The notes under the pieces were generated by a model. The model did no database searches and had not been told where the DNA came from. It worked only from the letters and a program-made list of their open reading frames with translations. From positions 75,270,001 to 75,334,000 of the forward strand of contig NC_086097.1 of assembly GCF_963921235.1 (NCBI RefSeq): a stretch of 64,000 nt of DNA. Reading direction: 5' to 3'. The stretch comes from Mobula hypostoma (lineage: Eukaryota). The position numbers and the translations under genes were made by a program. Shown in pieces: positions 1 to 12,614 of the stretch (positions within the stretch are counted from its first letter, which is position 1; each line of letters opens with the position of its first letter).

Positions 1-1227
1 ACTGCCAAGCTTCCAATAAATAGTCCATTCCTGCAGCTACTCAGCCACATACTAAAAAGAAACTTGCAGTTGTCCTCAACTGCTGAATTTGAATTTGAAC
101 TAAGAAATGCTCCCATCTTCAAAATGTAAATATTGTTAAAATAATGTTGAACAGAGGCTCATATGTTTCTCTTTCAAATTTAGCTGAAGTTATATGACAC
201 CCTTCAGGTTTCTTTTTATCAGTATCTGACCCCAGAACTCTCTTCTACTGAAAATTAGTGTGATCATGGTAATCTGATTACTATTACAACAATCTCATAC
301 CAGGTAACTTCTCTGGTCCTCCAAGAGAAAAAAAAGAAGTTAGTCATCTGCACTTTTATATTTATTAGACAGTGGGAAACAATCTGCTGATTAATTTCTC
401 TTTCTTCACTTGTGCCCGTTCGACCACTTATTTTTTTCCAAACTGACTATAAATCCATGCACTTGGGGATCCCAGCCTTCTCTAAGATTTCATGGGAGTG
501 AATTTGTGCATAAACCAAGCTATAATATTAGCTGCCTATTTCTGAGACAGAATTGCCAAGCTGCTACTGGTATACTAGTATCATTTATTTTACCCCTACA
601 TCATTACATTTTCTCATTTTTAAGATCTTTCACATTTTCCTACCTTTTACACACACATTTGCATTGAAGTGGATCAACACCTTTGTAATGCTGTGAAAAT
701 ACTGCCCCAAGAGGACTGACAAAACATTGACATTTAACACATTGGTAGGACACTGGCAAAGAATACTAAGGATGAAAATCATGCTTGTGTTATTAAATGA
801 CAGTAGAAACTCCTGACCTGTGATATATAGATGGAAAGGTGAACAAAATCAGCTTGATAGGGTAAACTATCATTGCTTGTCAAAATACCCCGTCAAAATC
901 CAAACAAAAGAAGAACTAATCTTACAGGAGTCTTGCCTCACAGTCTTACTCACTAGCTTTCAAAGGCTGTGTACTTCTGATTTCCAATGTTCCTGAAAAT
1001 AAAACATTGATTTCCAAAATCAGTGACTGGGGAACAATGTACAGGCTGTAATAGCCTATGTCTTGCCATTGTTTTCCAATTCTATACACTAGCTCTGAGT
1101 GTTTCTTATAAAGTCATGTCAGAAATTTCTATTTCCATTCCTTACATGACTTTAAATACTGCACAAAGTTAGGGACTGAGCAGTTAAGTTGCATGAGTAA
1201 AGCTCCTGTCCTACCTTTGTGGTCAGT

Positions 1228-1322
1228 AATACACACAAAATGCTGGAGGAACTTAGCAGATCAGGCAGTATCGATGGAAGGGAATAAACAGTCAACGTTT
1301 TGGGCTGAGACCCTTCATGAAG
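1228..1322 (-). mobile_element. Penelope-like element (PLE) terminal-repeat fragment with degenerate hammerhead motif
   Basis: The minus strand reads TTCATGAAGGGTCTCAGCCCAAAACGTTGACTG...CCTGATCTGCTAAGTTCCTCCAGCATTTTGTGTGT, matching the PLE 3' repeat at 7316-7450 and 34119-34215. Confidence 0.8.
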
Positions 1323-2261
1323 GCTCTTTGTCCTCATGTCCTTAAAGTTAAGATTCCAGTATCTTTGGGGTTTCAGAAGTAGAAGCAAATGCAAATGATT
1401 CATGGACTAGTATCATACAACCTAGGTTAAAGCTCTCATTTTAAAATCAAGCGGACATAAACCTACAGTAAATTAGCCATTAATCCTGATATTTTTGCAT
1501 TAATATTGCTATGTACACTTGGACAAAGGATTATATGCAAGGAATAAGAGTTAATTTCAGCCCCAATGATATTGCATAACATGTGATTATATTGAAACTT
1601 CGTACTGCACATGATCATTAATGTTTTATTGACAATTATAAATTTAATCATAAAATAATATTTCGTCAATGTTTTTCTGTCATCGTTCTCACATTTCTGC
1701 ATGTGGAAAGCACGACAATGTTCTGGAATTTGCTGGCTAGCCTCCTAAATGAGCAATAAGTCCTGAATCCTCACGCACACAATACTAACAATGGTAGAAC
1801 CAGACTTAAAGAGAGATTACTGAGTTTATCAATTCACTTCACTGCTCAATTGTAGGTAGAACCCAACCTTGTTGAGACTCCCTAGCACTGACACTACACG
1901 TTTACCTCTTGGATCCTGTGCCAAGTCACATAAGTTTTGATTCCAAACAGGTGGATGGGGCAATGATTTCAGGCTCAAATATTGACAGCTTTATTTTATC
2001 ATTCTACCCTGCAGAAATGCTCAGATAATTACTGGAAATCCAATGAAAATGATTTTTTAATGTTTTTTTAACATTTTGATTTGAGGTAACTACTTTGATT
2101 GCTTTTGATTAAACAATATCTAAATGGGATTTTTTATAATAGTGTTGAAGAATGAACTTGCAGCGGTTTGACAATTAACATTGAGGAAGACGCTGATAAG
2201 GAATACTGAAGATACAAATCATGCTTGGGTCATTAAATGGCAGTAGAAACTCTGACCTGTG

Positions 2262-2570
2262 AAAAGTTATTGCTTCTCTTGGCTGAGGGATCTAGAGCAA
2301 AAGATTACAATCTTAAAATGAGGGGTTGGCATTAAAGCCAGATGAGAAGGAATTTCTTCACAAAAAAAGGATTTTTGGGATTTTCCACCCAAGATGACCA
2401 AGGGGCACAGTTGCTCAGTATATTTAAGGCAGAGGCCATAGACTTCTAGATATTAAGCAAATTCAGGCATAGGAAGAAGGTGCAGAGAAATGGCGTAAAG
2501 TAAAAAGATCAGCTGTGAACTTAGCGAATGGCAGAACTTGCTGAATGAACAACACCTGTTCAACATCTTG
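2262..2570 (+). mobile_element. Old CR1-like LINE 3' fragment
   Basis: TCTAGAGCAAAAG...GATGAGAAGGAATTTCTTCACA...TATATTTAAGGCAGAG resembles the RT C-terminus and 3'UTR of the other CR1 copies in the window. Confidence 0.6.
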
Positions 2571-4282
2571 CATGATTATACCATGGGACTTACACTGTCC
2601 TTTGTTCATCCCATTGCACTTCACTTAGGGCGTTGCATAGGACAATTTGCACACAGGTCATGCTTCAAACATTGCCATGCACAATGAAGCCCTGAGTTGC
2701 TGAGATTGCTATATTTTTAGAAAATCATGCTTACTGGGATTTTTGTTATGCAAATTCCTTTACCCATTGAATTATATGGAGCTGCATTCCTATGGGTAGC
2801 TTTTCTCTCAGAAATAATGCCCTCATGAGTACATGATCTATAGGCAGATTGTATTGTAGGTAGAAAAGAAACGGTTGCCCTTAAATCAATTAGTAATGAA
2901 TACTATGCCATTCAATAAAGTATCATTATACAAGTATCAGTAGAAGAGATTGCTTCATCAGTTTCCAAAGCAAATCTCTTAAATGGCCACTTGTTGTGAC
3001 CTGGCTGCTTGTGATTGTTGTCCTTGGTAAACTAGTTCAATTCTCTGAATTCCTCCTACCCTACCATAAGTACTGTAAGAGCAAATTCTTATTCCACATA
3101 TCAAATTCATTTGTAGTGGTTTGTCAATCCCATAAGAGTAACTTTCCATTATGGAATTGACAAATTTCTGTTACTTCTGTCACTACATAGGGGTACACTG
3201 CAATTGGCTGCAGTGATAGTGATGAAAGCGAAATATCGGCTGAAGTTTTAACATTATTCACCACTCTCCTGAAATGGGATGGTTTATAGATGACAAATAA
3301 GCCTTTTATTTGAAAGATACATTCTTTAATCTTGCAGCATTCCCACCAGTCCTGCCCTGAAGTGTCTCTATATACTGTGTGTTTACCTTTGTACAAGAAG
3401 TAATGCAGAGCATGAATCAACTTGTAGGAATCCATTTCACATCCCATTTGCAGATATACTTGAAAGTACAATGTTGAGAGGCCAAAAAGCATGTTAGTTC
3501 CTACTGTTTTAGTCAAGGACAGAAGGTATCAATCAATGACATCTCCAGCTAGTTGATTTTAGTACAAATTTGGAATTGAACAGATGTTCAGTAGGGTATT
3601 TCTCATTAAATTTTCTTAATTATTTCCCCTTCTTATAATAGATTGGAATAGATTGGATGTCATTGTTTAGAAATTGAGTTTCAGTCATCTTGGTGCTTAA
3701 AAATCTAGCTGTGTACTTTACTAAAACCTTTTCATTGCTCCTGGATAAAATCATGAAATAACCTTGGAACAATGGAGTGGTGATTTACATCCAGAGTCTA
3801 AAATAGCACCTGTGTGGCCGCTGACTGGGGCACACTCAGCTGAACACAACTTCCAGTACCTGCCACACACAGATTAGTACTTAAAGGCACACTCACCTCA
3901 ACAGCAGCATTTGTTATGACTGTCATGGAGGACTGAGAGACTGCAACAGAGAAGGAGGGAGTCTCTAGATTAAGTGTAAGAAACTTGAACAAGTTATTAT
4001 AGGGATAATGCAAGCAGGGTAGTTTTTTGCATTGAGGGCTCAGGATTTGCTTGGGACCATCACAGGAATTTTCCAGTCGGAGGTGGCTCAGCCATCTTCT
4101 TCAGTTGTGAGAATTCTATTTATTCAAGCAATGCAGAAATAAATGCCATATCATCAACAGATATGTCAGGTAGTGCTGGACACCACTGAAAATTACTAGA
4201 TTGAGCCATATCAGGAAAATTATTAGGATTCATTTATGGACATATTATAATTAATGTATTTGGTCCTGAATCTGGAAATATG

Positions 4283-5628
4283 GAGTTATAGATTCATAAG
4301 AAAGTACAAAACAGAAACAAGCCCTTCATCCTATCTTGTCCATGCCGAGCCATTTAATCTGCCTACTCCCATAGACCTGCTCCAGAATCATAGCTCTCCA
4401 TACCCCTACATTCATGTTCCTATCCAAACTTCTCTTAAACGTTGACATCAGTTTATATACACCACTTGTGCTGGCAGCTCGTTCCATGCTCTCACTGCCC
4501 TCTGAGTGAAGAAGCTTCCTCTCATGTTCCCCTTAAACTTTCCAGCTTTCGTACTTAACCCATTACCTCTAATTGCAGTCTCACCCAATCCCAGTGGAAA
4601 AAGCCTGCTTGATTTACCCAATCCATACCCCTCACAATGCTGCTTAACTTTATCAAATCTCCTCTCAATCTTCTACATTCCAAGGAATAAAATCTTAACC
4701 TATTCAATCTTCCCATATAACTCAGGTCCTCTAGACACAGAAACATCGTTGTAAGTTTTCTCTGTACCCTTTCCACCTTATATACATCTTTCCTGTAGGG
4801 AGGTGACCCAAACTGCACATAATTCTCCAAATTAGTCCTCATCAATGTCTTATACACCTTCAACATAACATCCCATTTCCTGTACTCAATAATACAAAAT
4901 GCTGGAGGAACTCAGCAGGCCAGGCAGCATCTATAGAAAAAAGCCTTCTCAGCCCAAAACATTGACTGTTTACTCTTTTCTATAGATGTTGCCTGGCCTG
5001 CTGAGTTCCTCCAACATTTTTGTGTGTGTTGTTTGGATTTCCTGCATCTGCAGATTTTCTCATCCTGTACTCAATACCTTTGATTTATGAAGGGTAATGT
5101 ACCAAAAGCTTTCTTTATGACTTGATTTACCTGTAATACCACTTTCAATGAATTATAGACCTGTATTCCCAGATCCCTTTGTTCTACCTCATTCTTCAGT
5201 GCCCTACCATTCACCATGTAAGACCTACCCGGGTTGGTGCTATCGAAGTGCAACACATCACACTTGTCTGCATTAAATTCTATCAGCCATTTTTCAGCCT
5301 ATTTTTCCCATTGGTCCAGATCACACTGCAAGTTTTGATAGCCTTCCTTGCTGTCCACTACACTCCCAATCTTGGTGCCATCTGCGATTTTGCTGATCCA
5401 GTGAACCACATCCTGATCATTGATATAGATGACAAACAACAAAAGACCCAGCACTGATCCCTATGGCACACCACTAATGATAGGCCTCTAATCAGCGAGA
5501 CAACCACCTAGTACCACTCTCTGGCTTCTCCCACAGAGCCAATGTCTAATTCAATGTACTACCTCATCTTGAATGCCGAGCAACTGAACCCTCTTGACTG
5601 AACTCCCTTGTGGGACCTTGTCAAATGC
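4283..5628 (-). mobile_element. CR1/HER1-like LINE, 5'-truncated, RT C-terminus plus 3'UTR, split by a PLE mini-element
   Basis: ORFs 4555-4866 (YKTLMRTNLENYVQFGSPPYRKD...RRLRGDLI) and 5071-5256 (LHF...EQRDLGIQV) are typical CR1 RT C-terminal motifs. Confidence 0.9.
4892..5062. mobile_element. Fold-back PLE-derived mini-element
   Basis: Inverted arms AAAATGCTGGAGGAACTCAGCAGGCCAGGCAGCATCTATAGAAAA / TTTTCTATAGATGTTGCCTGGCCTGCTGAGTTCCTCCAACATTTT, flanked by the 14-bp direct repeat TCCTGTACTCAATA (4878-4891, 5063-5076). Confidence 0.85.
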
Positions 5629-5949
5629 CATGAAGGTATATCATTTGTCAATTTGGCTGATTCCTGGCAAACAATGTTGGTGTTAAGGATCTATACAAGG
5701 AGATAGTCATTTTGTCTGGAATGGGGTTAATCAGTTTGTGAGCTCCTCATGAAATACATTTATGAAGGAAAACCTTGCAAGAACATAGTCAGTGCTGCCA
5801 ACCTCTGTTCTACTGAGAGAAAAAAACTTGTGTGGTTCTTGTTATAGCAGCACTCAGATACTTGGTAGGGCTTTGAACTGTTGTCAGGAAAGGGGAAGCA
5901 GTAGCCCTTCATCTGAGGGTCCACCCTTCTAGTCAGTGCTGTCCGTAGA

Positions 5950-6810
5950 AAGACCATAAAACTTTGGGGCATAATTAGGCTATTCGGACCATTAAGTGTG
6001 CTCCACCATTCAATCATGAATGATCTATTAGTCTTTTCAACCCTATTCTCCTGCCTCCTCCCCATAAGCTTTGACACTCTTAAAAATCATGAAAGTATCA
6101 AACTCTGCTTTAAATATACCAAATAACTTAGCCTCCACAGCCGTCTGTAGAAATGAATTCCACAGATTAATCACCCTTGGCTAAAGAAGTCCCTCCTCAT
6201 TTCTATTCTAAAGGGATGTCCTTCTATTCTGAGGTTATGACATCTGTTACTAGGCCAACTTTATAGGAAACATCTTCTCCACATTCACTATATCTAGGGC
6301 TTTCAATATTTGGTGGGTGTCGATGAGATCCCCCCTCAGTCTTCTAAACTATAGTGAGTACAGGCCAAAAACCTTCAAACGCTCCTCATACATCAACCTT
6401 TCCTTTCGTAGGAACTTTCTCGTGAACTTCCTCTGGACACTCTCCAATGCCAGCACATCCTTTTTTAGATAGTGGGCCCAAAACCATTCACAATGCTTCT
6501 AGTGCAGTCTGACCAATGCCTTATAAGGCCTCAACACAATATTCCTGATTTTATATTCTAATTCTCTTGAAATAAATACTCTTGAAATTTGTCTTCTTTA
6601 CCACTGACTCAACATGCAAGTTAACCTTTAGGGAATCCTTCATGAGGGCTCGCAAGTCCCTTCTTATTTCTGAATTTTCTCCCTGTTTAGAAAATAATCT
6701 ATACTTTTATTCCTTCTACTAAAGTGCATAATGATACACTTCCCGTTTCTTTGACCATTCTCCTAATCTGTCTAAGTTCTTCTGCAAACTCCTTTCTTTC
6801 TCAGCACCTC
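5950..6810 (-). mobile_element. CR1-like LINE 3' fragment
   Basis: Colinear with the CR1 copy at 44660-45590 (AATTAGGCTATTC..., GGCTAAAGAAGTCCCTCCTC, TGCAGTCTGACCAATGCCTTATAAGGCCTCA). Confidence 0.85.
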
Positions 6811-6811
6811 T

Positions 6812-7450
6812 GGGAAGCCCAGAGGATGGGCAAGGAGTATAGAGAGAGGGACAGAGGGAGAAAAAGGAGAGAGAGAAAAAAGATTAATAGTAATACATAA
6901 ATAAATAAATAAATATGGGATGGAGTACAAAGGGGAGGTGGGGCATTAATGGAAGTTAGAGAAGTCAATGTTCATGGCATCAGTTTGGAGGCTACGCAGA
7001 CGGAATATAAGCTGTTGTTCCTCCCCTTCGTACCCTATCCGTTATTTATTTATTTATTTATTTATTATTAATTTTTTTCCTCTCTCTCCTTTTTCTCCCT
7101 CTGTCCCTCTCACTATACTCCTTGCCCATCCTCTGGGCTTCCCCCCTCCCCCTTTCTTTCTCCCTAGGCCTCCCATCCCATGATCCTCTCATATACCTTT
7201 TTCCAATCAACATTCCAGCTCTTAGCTCCATCCCTCCCCCTCCTGTCTTCTCCTATCATTTCCGATCTCCCCTCCTTCTCCCACCTTCAAATCTCTTACT
7301 ACCTCTTCTTTCAGTTAGTCCTGATGAAGGGTCTCGGCCCAAAACGTCAACTGTACCTCTTTCTATAGATGCTGCCTGGCCTGCTGCGTTCACCAGCATT
7401 TTTTATGTGTGTTACTTGAAATTCCAGCATCTGCAGATTTCCTCATGTTA
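6812..7450 (+). mobile_element. PLE 3' end with inverted partial copy
   Basis: 6812-6937 is the reverse complement of 7021-7143. The spacer encodes, on the minus strand, EQQLIFRLRSLQTDAMNIDFSNFH*, the C-terminus of the PLE GIY-YIG protein. The plus arm runs into the hammerhead-bearing terminal repeat. Confidence 0.85.
7316..7353 (+). ncRNA. Minimal type-I hammerhead ribozyme motif (degenerate, G12->A)
   Basis: TAGTC-CTGATGA-A-GGGT.CTCG.GCCC-AAAA-CG-TC-AACTG shows core CUGAUGA, stem II, (G)AAA, a minimal stem III, a UC cleavage site and stem I. Confidence 0.7.
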
Positions 7451-9299
7451 GCTATATCATTGCATGTGCAGTACTAGTTTACAAACAATGTAGGGCAACC
7501 AAAGCGCTTAGTGATGAAGAATGTATCTTGGATACCAGGCAATAACTGATTTCACCATGAAGAAGATCACTGTTAACATTGACTCTGCTGGTTGTGAGCT
7601 CTGCAATTTTGTAGGCAATAGAATATACTGGCTGATTTGCTCAATTCTTGTGGGTATTTTTAAGGATTTTGTTGTGGGAGAGTTAAGTCCAAATCTGTAT
7701 GTCAGGTAATAATATGGGATTTGCCAAAAAGAATGAAGCTTCATCTCATGTGGTTATTTAATCACAGCTACAGGATAGAACAGGTGACTGAAAAAAAACA
7801 ATGGGGAATAAATGGAAGTCACTAATGGAACACAGAGAGGGGCTGGGATACATAAATACCTAACATTTAATAAAAATATGTGCAAGAGCATTCAGAACCA
7901 TTACTGGTTATTTGAATATTTATTGTGCTGCAGTCAAAACCATTCTAAATTTATGTTACTTTTCCAAATGGATAGTTAAACTTAACTGAGAAGCTCATGC
8001 TTTATTTTCAAAAAAGTTGGGTTGTTTATAGAATTGTCTGGGATTTTTTGTCAAATAATGTTCATTTTTTCTGATGGATCAGTATATTAACAAAAAGCAT
8101 ATGTAGAATTCTGCATCCTTAAACATAATAATATTTCTCCTCTGCAAGATTGTTGAACCGTTATTATTAATATAAATAAATCCTATATTTATGAAATTGC
8201 TTCTTTCTCAAATAATTAAGTATAAAGTTCCCATTAACATTTGCAAATTTTCTTAAAGGTATTTGAAGCTCTATCCCCCTATACTGACAAGATTTGTTTG
8301 GATAATAGAAAAAAATTGCCAACATTTTACAAAGGTCACATCAAGAGGTGTAATGGTAGTTAGCTGCACAGCAAATTGCATAAAGAACAGTTCTTTCATC
8401 AGGGTTTTGAACTCCCTCTCACTGAGTACATTTTTACTTATTCATTCATACTGGAGTTTTATTCACACACAATGATAGACAGCTGTGAGCAAACTGTTAT
8501 CATCATGGGGTTCAGGGAATCCTATAATCTGCTGCTGCAAAGCTAATTACTTAAAATGTAATCTAAACTATTTGTATAACTAAGTTAGAGGAACTTTATA
8601 AATGCACTTTGTTGTTAACTGCGCACAATGCGCATTCTCTTTCGTTTAATACTATTTTTGATCACTTTTTTAAGATTTGCATTCTGTTTTGTTGAATAAA
8701 ATAGGACTCTGTGTGTCATCTAGCATTTGTCATTTGAGCATTTAGCTTTCCTTCCTTGGGACAGCTCTATTTCCAGGAGGATTTAATGCTCACTATATAC
8801 ACTTAAAGAAATAGTTAAAAAATAGGTGGATAACCCATTATAGCCACAGATTTGTGGGAGCTATGATACGTGTTTAGTCGTCATTCCAGATTAGCATGAT
8901 CAGGAATATATATCAGCAGCAAAGCTCAATATTTTGTGACAGTTGCTGAAGGTAATTAGACCTCCTTTGTTGTAAATATGATATAAAGCAGCTATAACTG
9001 TCTGTGAAAGTGATTAAGGCAACAACAATATAGCCCACTGCACCTAATAGATTATTTTAGATGCATAATTTTTGCATTTTAAAAAACATAATGCATGCCT
9101 ATAAAAATTCAAATTGTCAAGGCGCTCATAAGTCATAAAATTATTCTGCTATTAAAAACATTTTTCAGACACTGTTTTGCATAATCTTAATTTAAAATAA
9201 ATTTATGGTCCTCTATTTTTGTTGAGGGTGAGGGCAGATAGGGAGGTGAGGGTGACAAAAAAGATTGTTGGACAATGATTTGGGTGGATATCAGCTGTG

Positions 9300-10320
9300 A
9301 GGGAGGCAGGAGACAATTGACCTGTATATTTGTCCAACAATTGTAAAATCAGAGCATTGCCTTTCTCGGCTGGGCTTCTCAATGTCTAATGGATATGTTG
9401 TAAGGGGAGCATACAAATGAGTAATCATTTCCAACCACCCACAGCATCACACCCAGTGGGAAAGTTGAAGAAACTGTAAAAGTTTTGGAGCAGGGGCCTG
9501 ATTAAGATGAGGATGATTCTCTGTTGGAGGACGCATTGTGGAAGTGTCCTCGAGAGAATAAATTTTCACCTGCGAGGAAATCGCATTACGAACATCATGG
9601 AAGTCGAGAATGCAGAGCATGCAGCTTATTAAAACAAATGCTAATTTGCACCAGATCTCCCACTGAAATGGAAGCAAGTTTACCACTGAGTCTGTTAATT
9701 TACACAGAACACTATTATCTTTGGTCAGATCTTAATGCACCAGGGTGCGGTCATTAGCTACAGATATACTTTGTTCCATTATCTGTCTGAAGCTCCGTGC
9801 AGTTTACAGCTTTCAGGAATGTCCACTATTTCCCTGCTGCATCAAAATATTCTCTCTGGATGCACAGGATATGAGAAAGATCAGCACATCAATGCTGTGT
9901 AATAAAAGACACAGCCAGGGGTGCCACTGTTATTATATCTTACAGATTAAGTGCAACCATTAATTGGACTATGTGGTGATTTGGAAGTTTTACCAAGCAG
10001 TAATCTCACCCCCGTTAACCCAAAACATTTATTTAACCTCTCCTCCCTTTTCTATGTCTGAGCTGTGCGCATCACTTAAAAGAAATCCCAATATAATTTC
10101 TAGCTGTGCTTTTAGAATACAGTGAAATTGTAAGGAAACATAATTCAATGGGGACAGTATCACATTAGCTTTTTCATCATGTGCCCTATACAAAGGCAGT
10201 TGTAATACCACCAATCCAATTTTGCAATCTGAGAAAAGTCCAAAGGAATTGGAACCCCCTTTTAATGGTCGGGGTCGTGTTTCTGCGTCACTGTGCACCA
10301 GTTAGTGTACTTGGAACTTG
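9300..10320. promoter_or_regulatory. Repeat-free block resembling a conserved non-coding element/enhancer cluster
   Basis: No TE similarity seen; retained CpGs (9529-9606); clustered TAAT, ACAAT and ATGCTAAT-like motifs. Conservation cannot be tested here. Confidence 0.3.
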
Positions 10321-12074
10321 TGTAGATTTTCATCCCTAATGTGCATTGTACTGCATCTCACTGTGTCAGTTATAAGTGATTAAGTAGTGGTTTTGGAGGA
10401 TAAAGGGCTGGGAGATTCAGCCTCCATGGTTACACCAAACCCTTTACATTATTGCAGCTTATTGGGATAAAATGTGTCAAAAATGTATCTTTATCTTATT
10501 TGATGTGCCAGCTACTGTCACAAGACTTTTGACTCATAATGAAGCTAACTTAATGAATGTATTTTGTGGTCACCCCAGTAGTTCTAAATACATGCTTCAC
10601 CACTTGAATAAAGAAAACAAGAAAAGTCCATAAATATATTTCCTTCAATCTGTTGAGTTCCCTGCTGTCTTGTTCTTTTCAGTTCATTCCTGTATCTGTT
10701 TGTTATTGCAGCAATTAACTGCACCCTTGACAGTTTGATGTAACATTACTCCAAACTTTATCATTTACTTTACATATTTTTCAACAACATCACTATTTGG
10801 AGAACTAAGTGGTGACTTACATAGTGCTATTTCATCTCAGAAGTGTTAGATGTTCTTTCAGCTGTTCTATAGGATGAGGTATCTGTTTGGTATATAACCA
10901 ATTACTGACCACAGGATCTTTCCAGCTAATATTCTTCTGAGGGACTACATGATATTATAATAGCTAATGTTTATCACACAGCTGCTGTTATTTAATAGAA
11001 CAAGCTTGTTACATAAAATTATATTAAAAAGTCAAAGGAATATGTAGGCATTTATACTGTAAATAAAGAGGAACCTGGTGAAGAATTATGTTTAACAAGA
11101 GACAAGGCAAGAAGGATCCACAATCCATTGTGACATTTCAGCTATTCCACATCAATAAAAGTAACTTGGTTTATGTGGTGGAGGATTAGACACAGGTGTA
11201 TGACATCTTGCTGTGCAAATAGCAGAAGTACATACAATGAAAGAAACTTTTGGTTGTATTTAGGGATCAGGACCATGTTGGAAGGGCTCATTGATTGAAG
11301 AGATTAATTGTGTTCTGCCTTGTAGATTTTCCACAACTGGGCACTTTGGCAAACTTGTCTGCAGCCATTTAGAAAGTCTATCCATCAGCTATAATAAACA
11401 TTTTTCTGACTATAGATAGAGAAAGCCCCTTGACAATAAACTAACTCGGCACACAAATATCACAGATCAGTAATGGCAGTGTATGCAATGTTCCTAGGTA
11501 TAACTTGTCACTTTTGTCTGTATAAGCATGCACAATTTTGGACAGAGTGGCTTGAAAATGTTAATAATCTGTATTATTAATAATCTGAATACCAACAGGC
11601 TCCCAGATAGGTCTACAGTACATTACATAACCATGTAGATCATTTGACGAGAAGTTTACCCTACTGTCACTGAAATCAGACCTTGTATTCAAAGCACAGC
11701 TATATTCCCCTGTTGAGTTGTATTCTTTTCACCCTCCAGATATTTACCAAGTACAGTCACACTGCTGTCACTCAATGTGGCTCTCTCCTCCCTCTGCAAT
11801 CCTAATTTTAAGATCTGAGGGGAAAAAAAAGATGTGACAGCTCATCTAGAAGATTAACTCTCTGCCTTTTTCACCTGTCATTTGTAACTTGCCGTCATGC
11901 ACTGATAGTCGAGTTCACTGGTAAGTCGTCAACATATCTCTAATTAAAGGTTCTTAATATAGCAACTAATTAGACATTCACATTTCCTCCACTGGTTATC
12001 AGAGTGGTTGGATTTTTTTTTCAGTTCTTAAAAGTCATAATTAGAATTTCCTCTCTTCAGTTTTGTTTTGTAAG

Positions 12075-12614
12075 AAGTTGTGGTATTGCAACTTTACAAA
12101 GTCCTGGTTAGGCCACACGTGGGGTGTTTTGTTCAGTTCTGATCACCATTCTATTGGAATGAAGTGGTACTATTGGAAAGAGTGCAAAGGACATTAAGTT
12201 GGATGTGCCTTGGACTGGAGGACTTTAGGTGTAGGCAGCGATTGGATAGGCTGGGTTTGTATTCTTTGGAATAAAGAAGGCTGAGCAGTAAACCTGACAG
12301 AGATATCCCATATAAATTTTAAGAGGCATAGGTAGAATAGATAGTCACAATCAGTTTCTCATGGCATTGGCATCAGGAGCAAGAGGCATGAATTTAATTT
12401 GAGAGGAAAAAGTTTTAAAGAGGATATGAGGGGAATTTTTTTGCGCAGTGTCCTTGATATCAGGAGCTCACTGCCAGAGGAGGTGGTGGATTAAATAAGG
12501 AAGATAGAGAAGGACATGTCAAGAGGGATTAGTATAGATGGATTTAAAAGTCAGCATGGATGCGAGGGGCTGAAGGGCATGTTTCTATGCTGTGCGACTC
12601 CATGATTCTATGAC
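12075..12614 (+). mobile_element. CR1-like LINE 3' fragment
   Basis: TTGCAACTTTACAAAGTCCTGGTTAGGCCACAC (LQLYKVLVRPH); ends in the CR1-type tail TTCTATGCTGTGCGACTCCATGATTCTATGAC. Confidence 0.85.

Noticed and set aside
4892..5062. Hairpin as a DNA-transposon MITE or pre-miRNA
   Set aside because: The arms derive from the PLE terminal repeat linked to GIY-YIG sequence elsewhere in the window, and the inverted repeat is asymmetric (tail on one side only).
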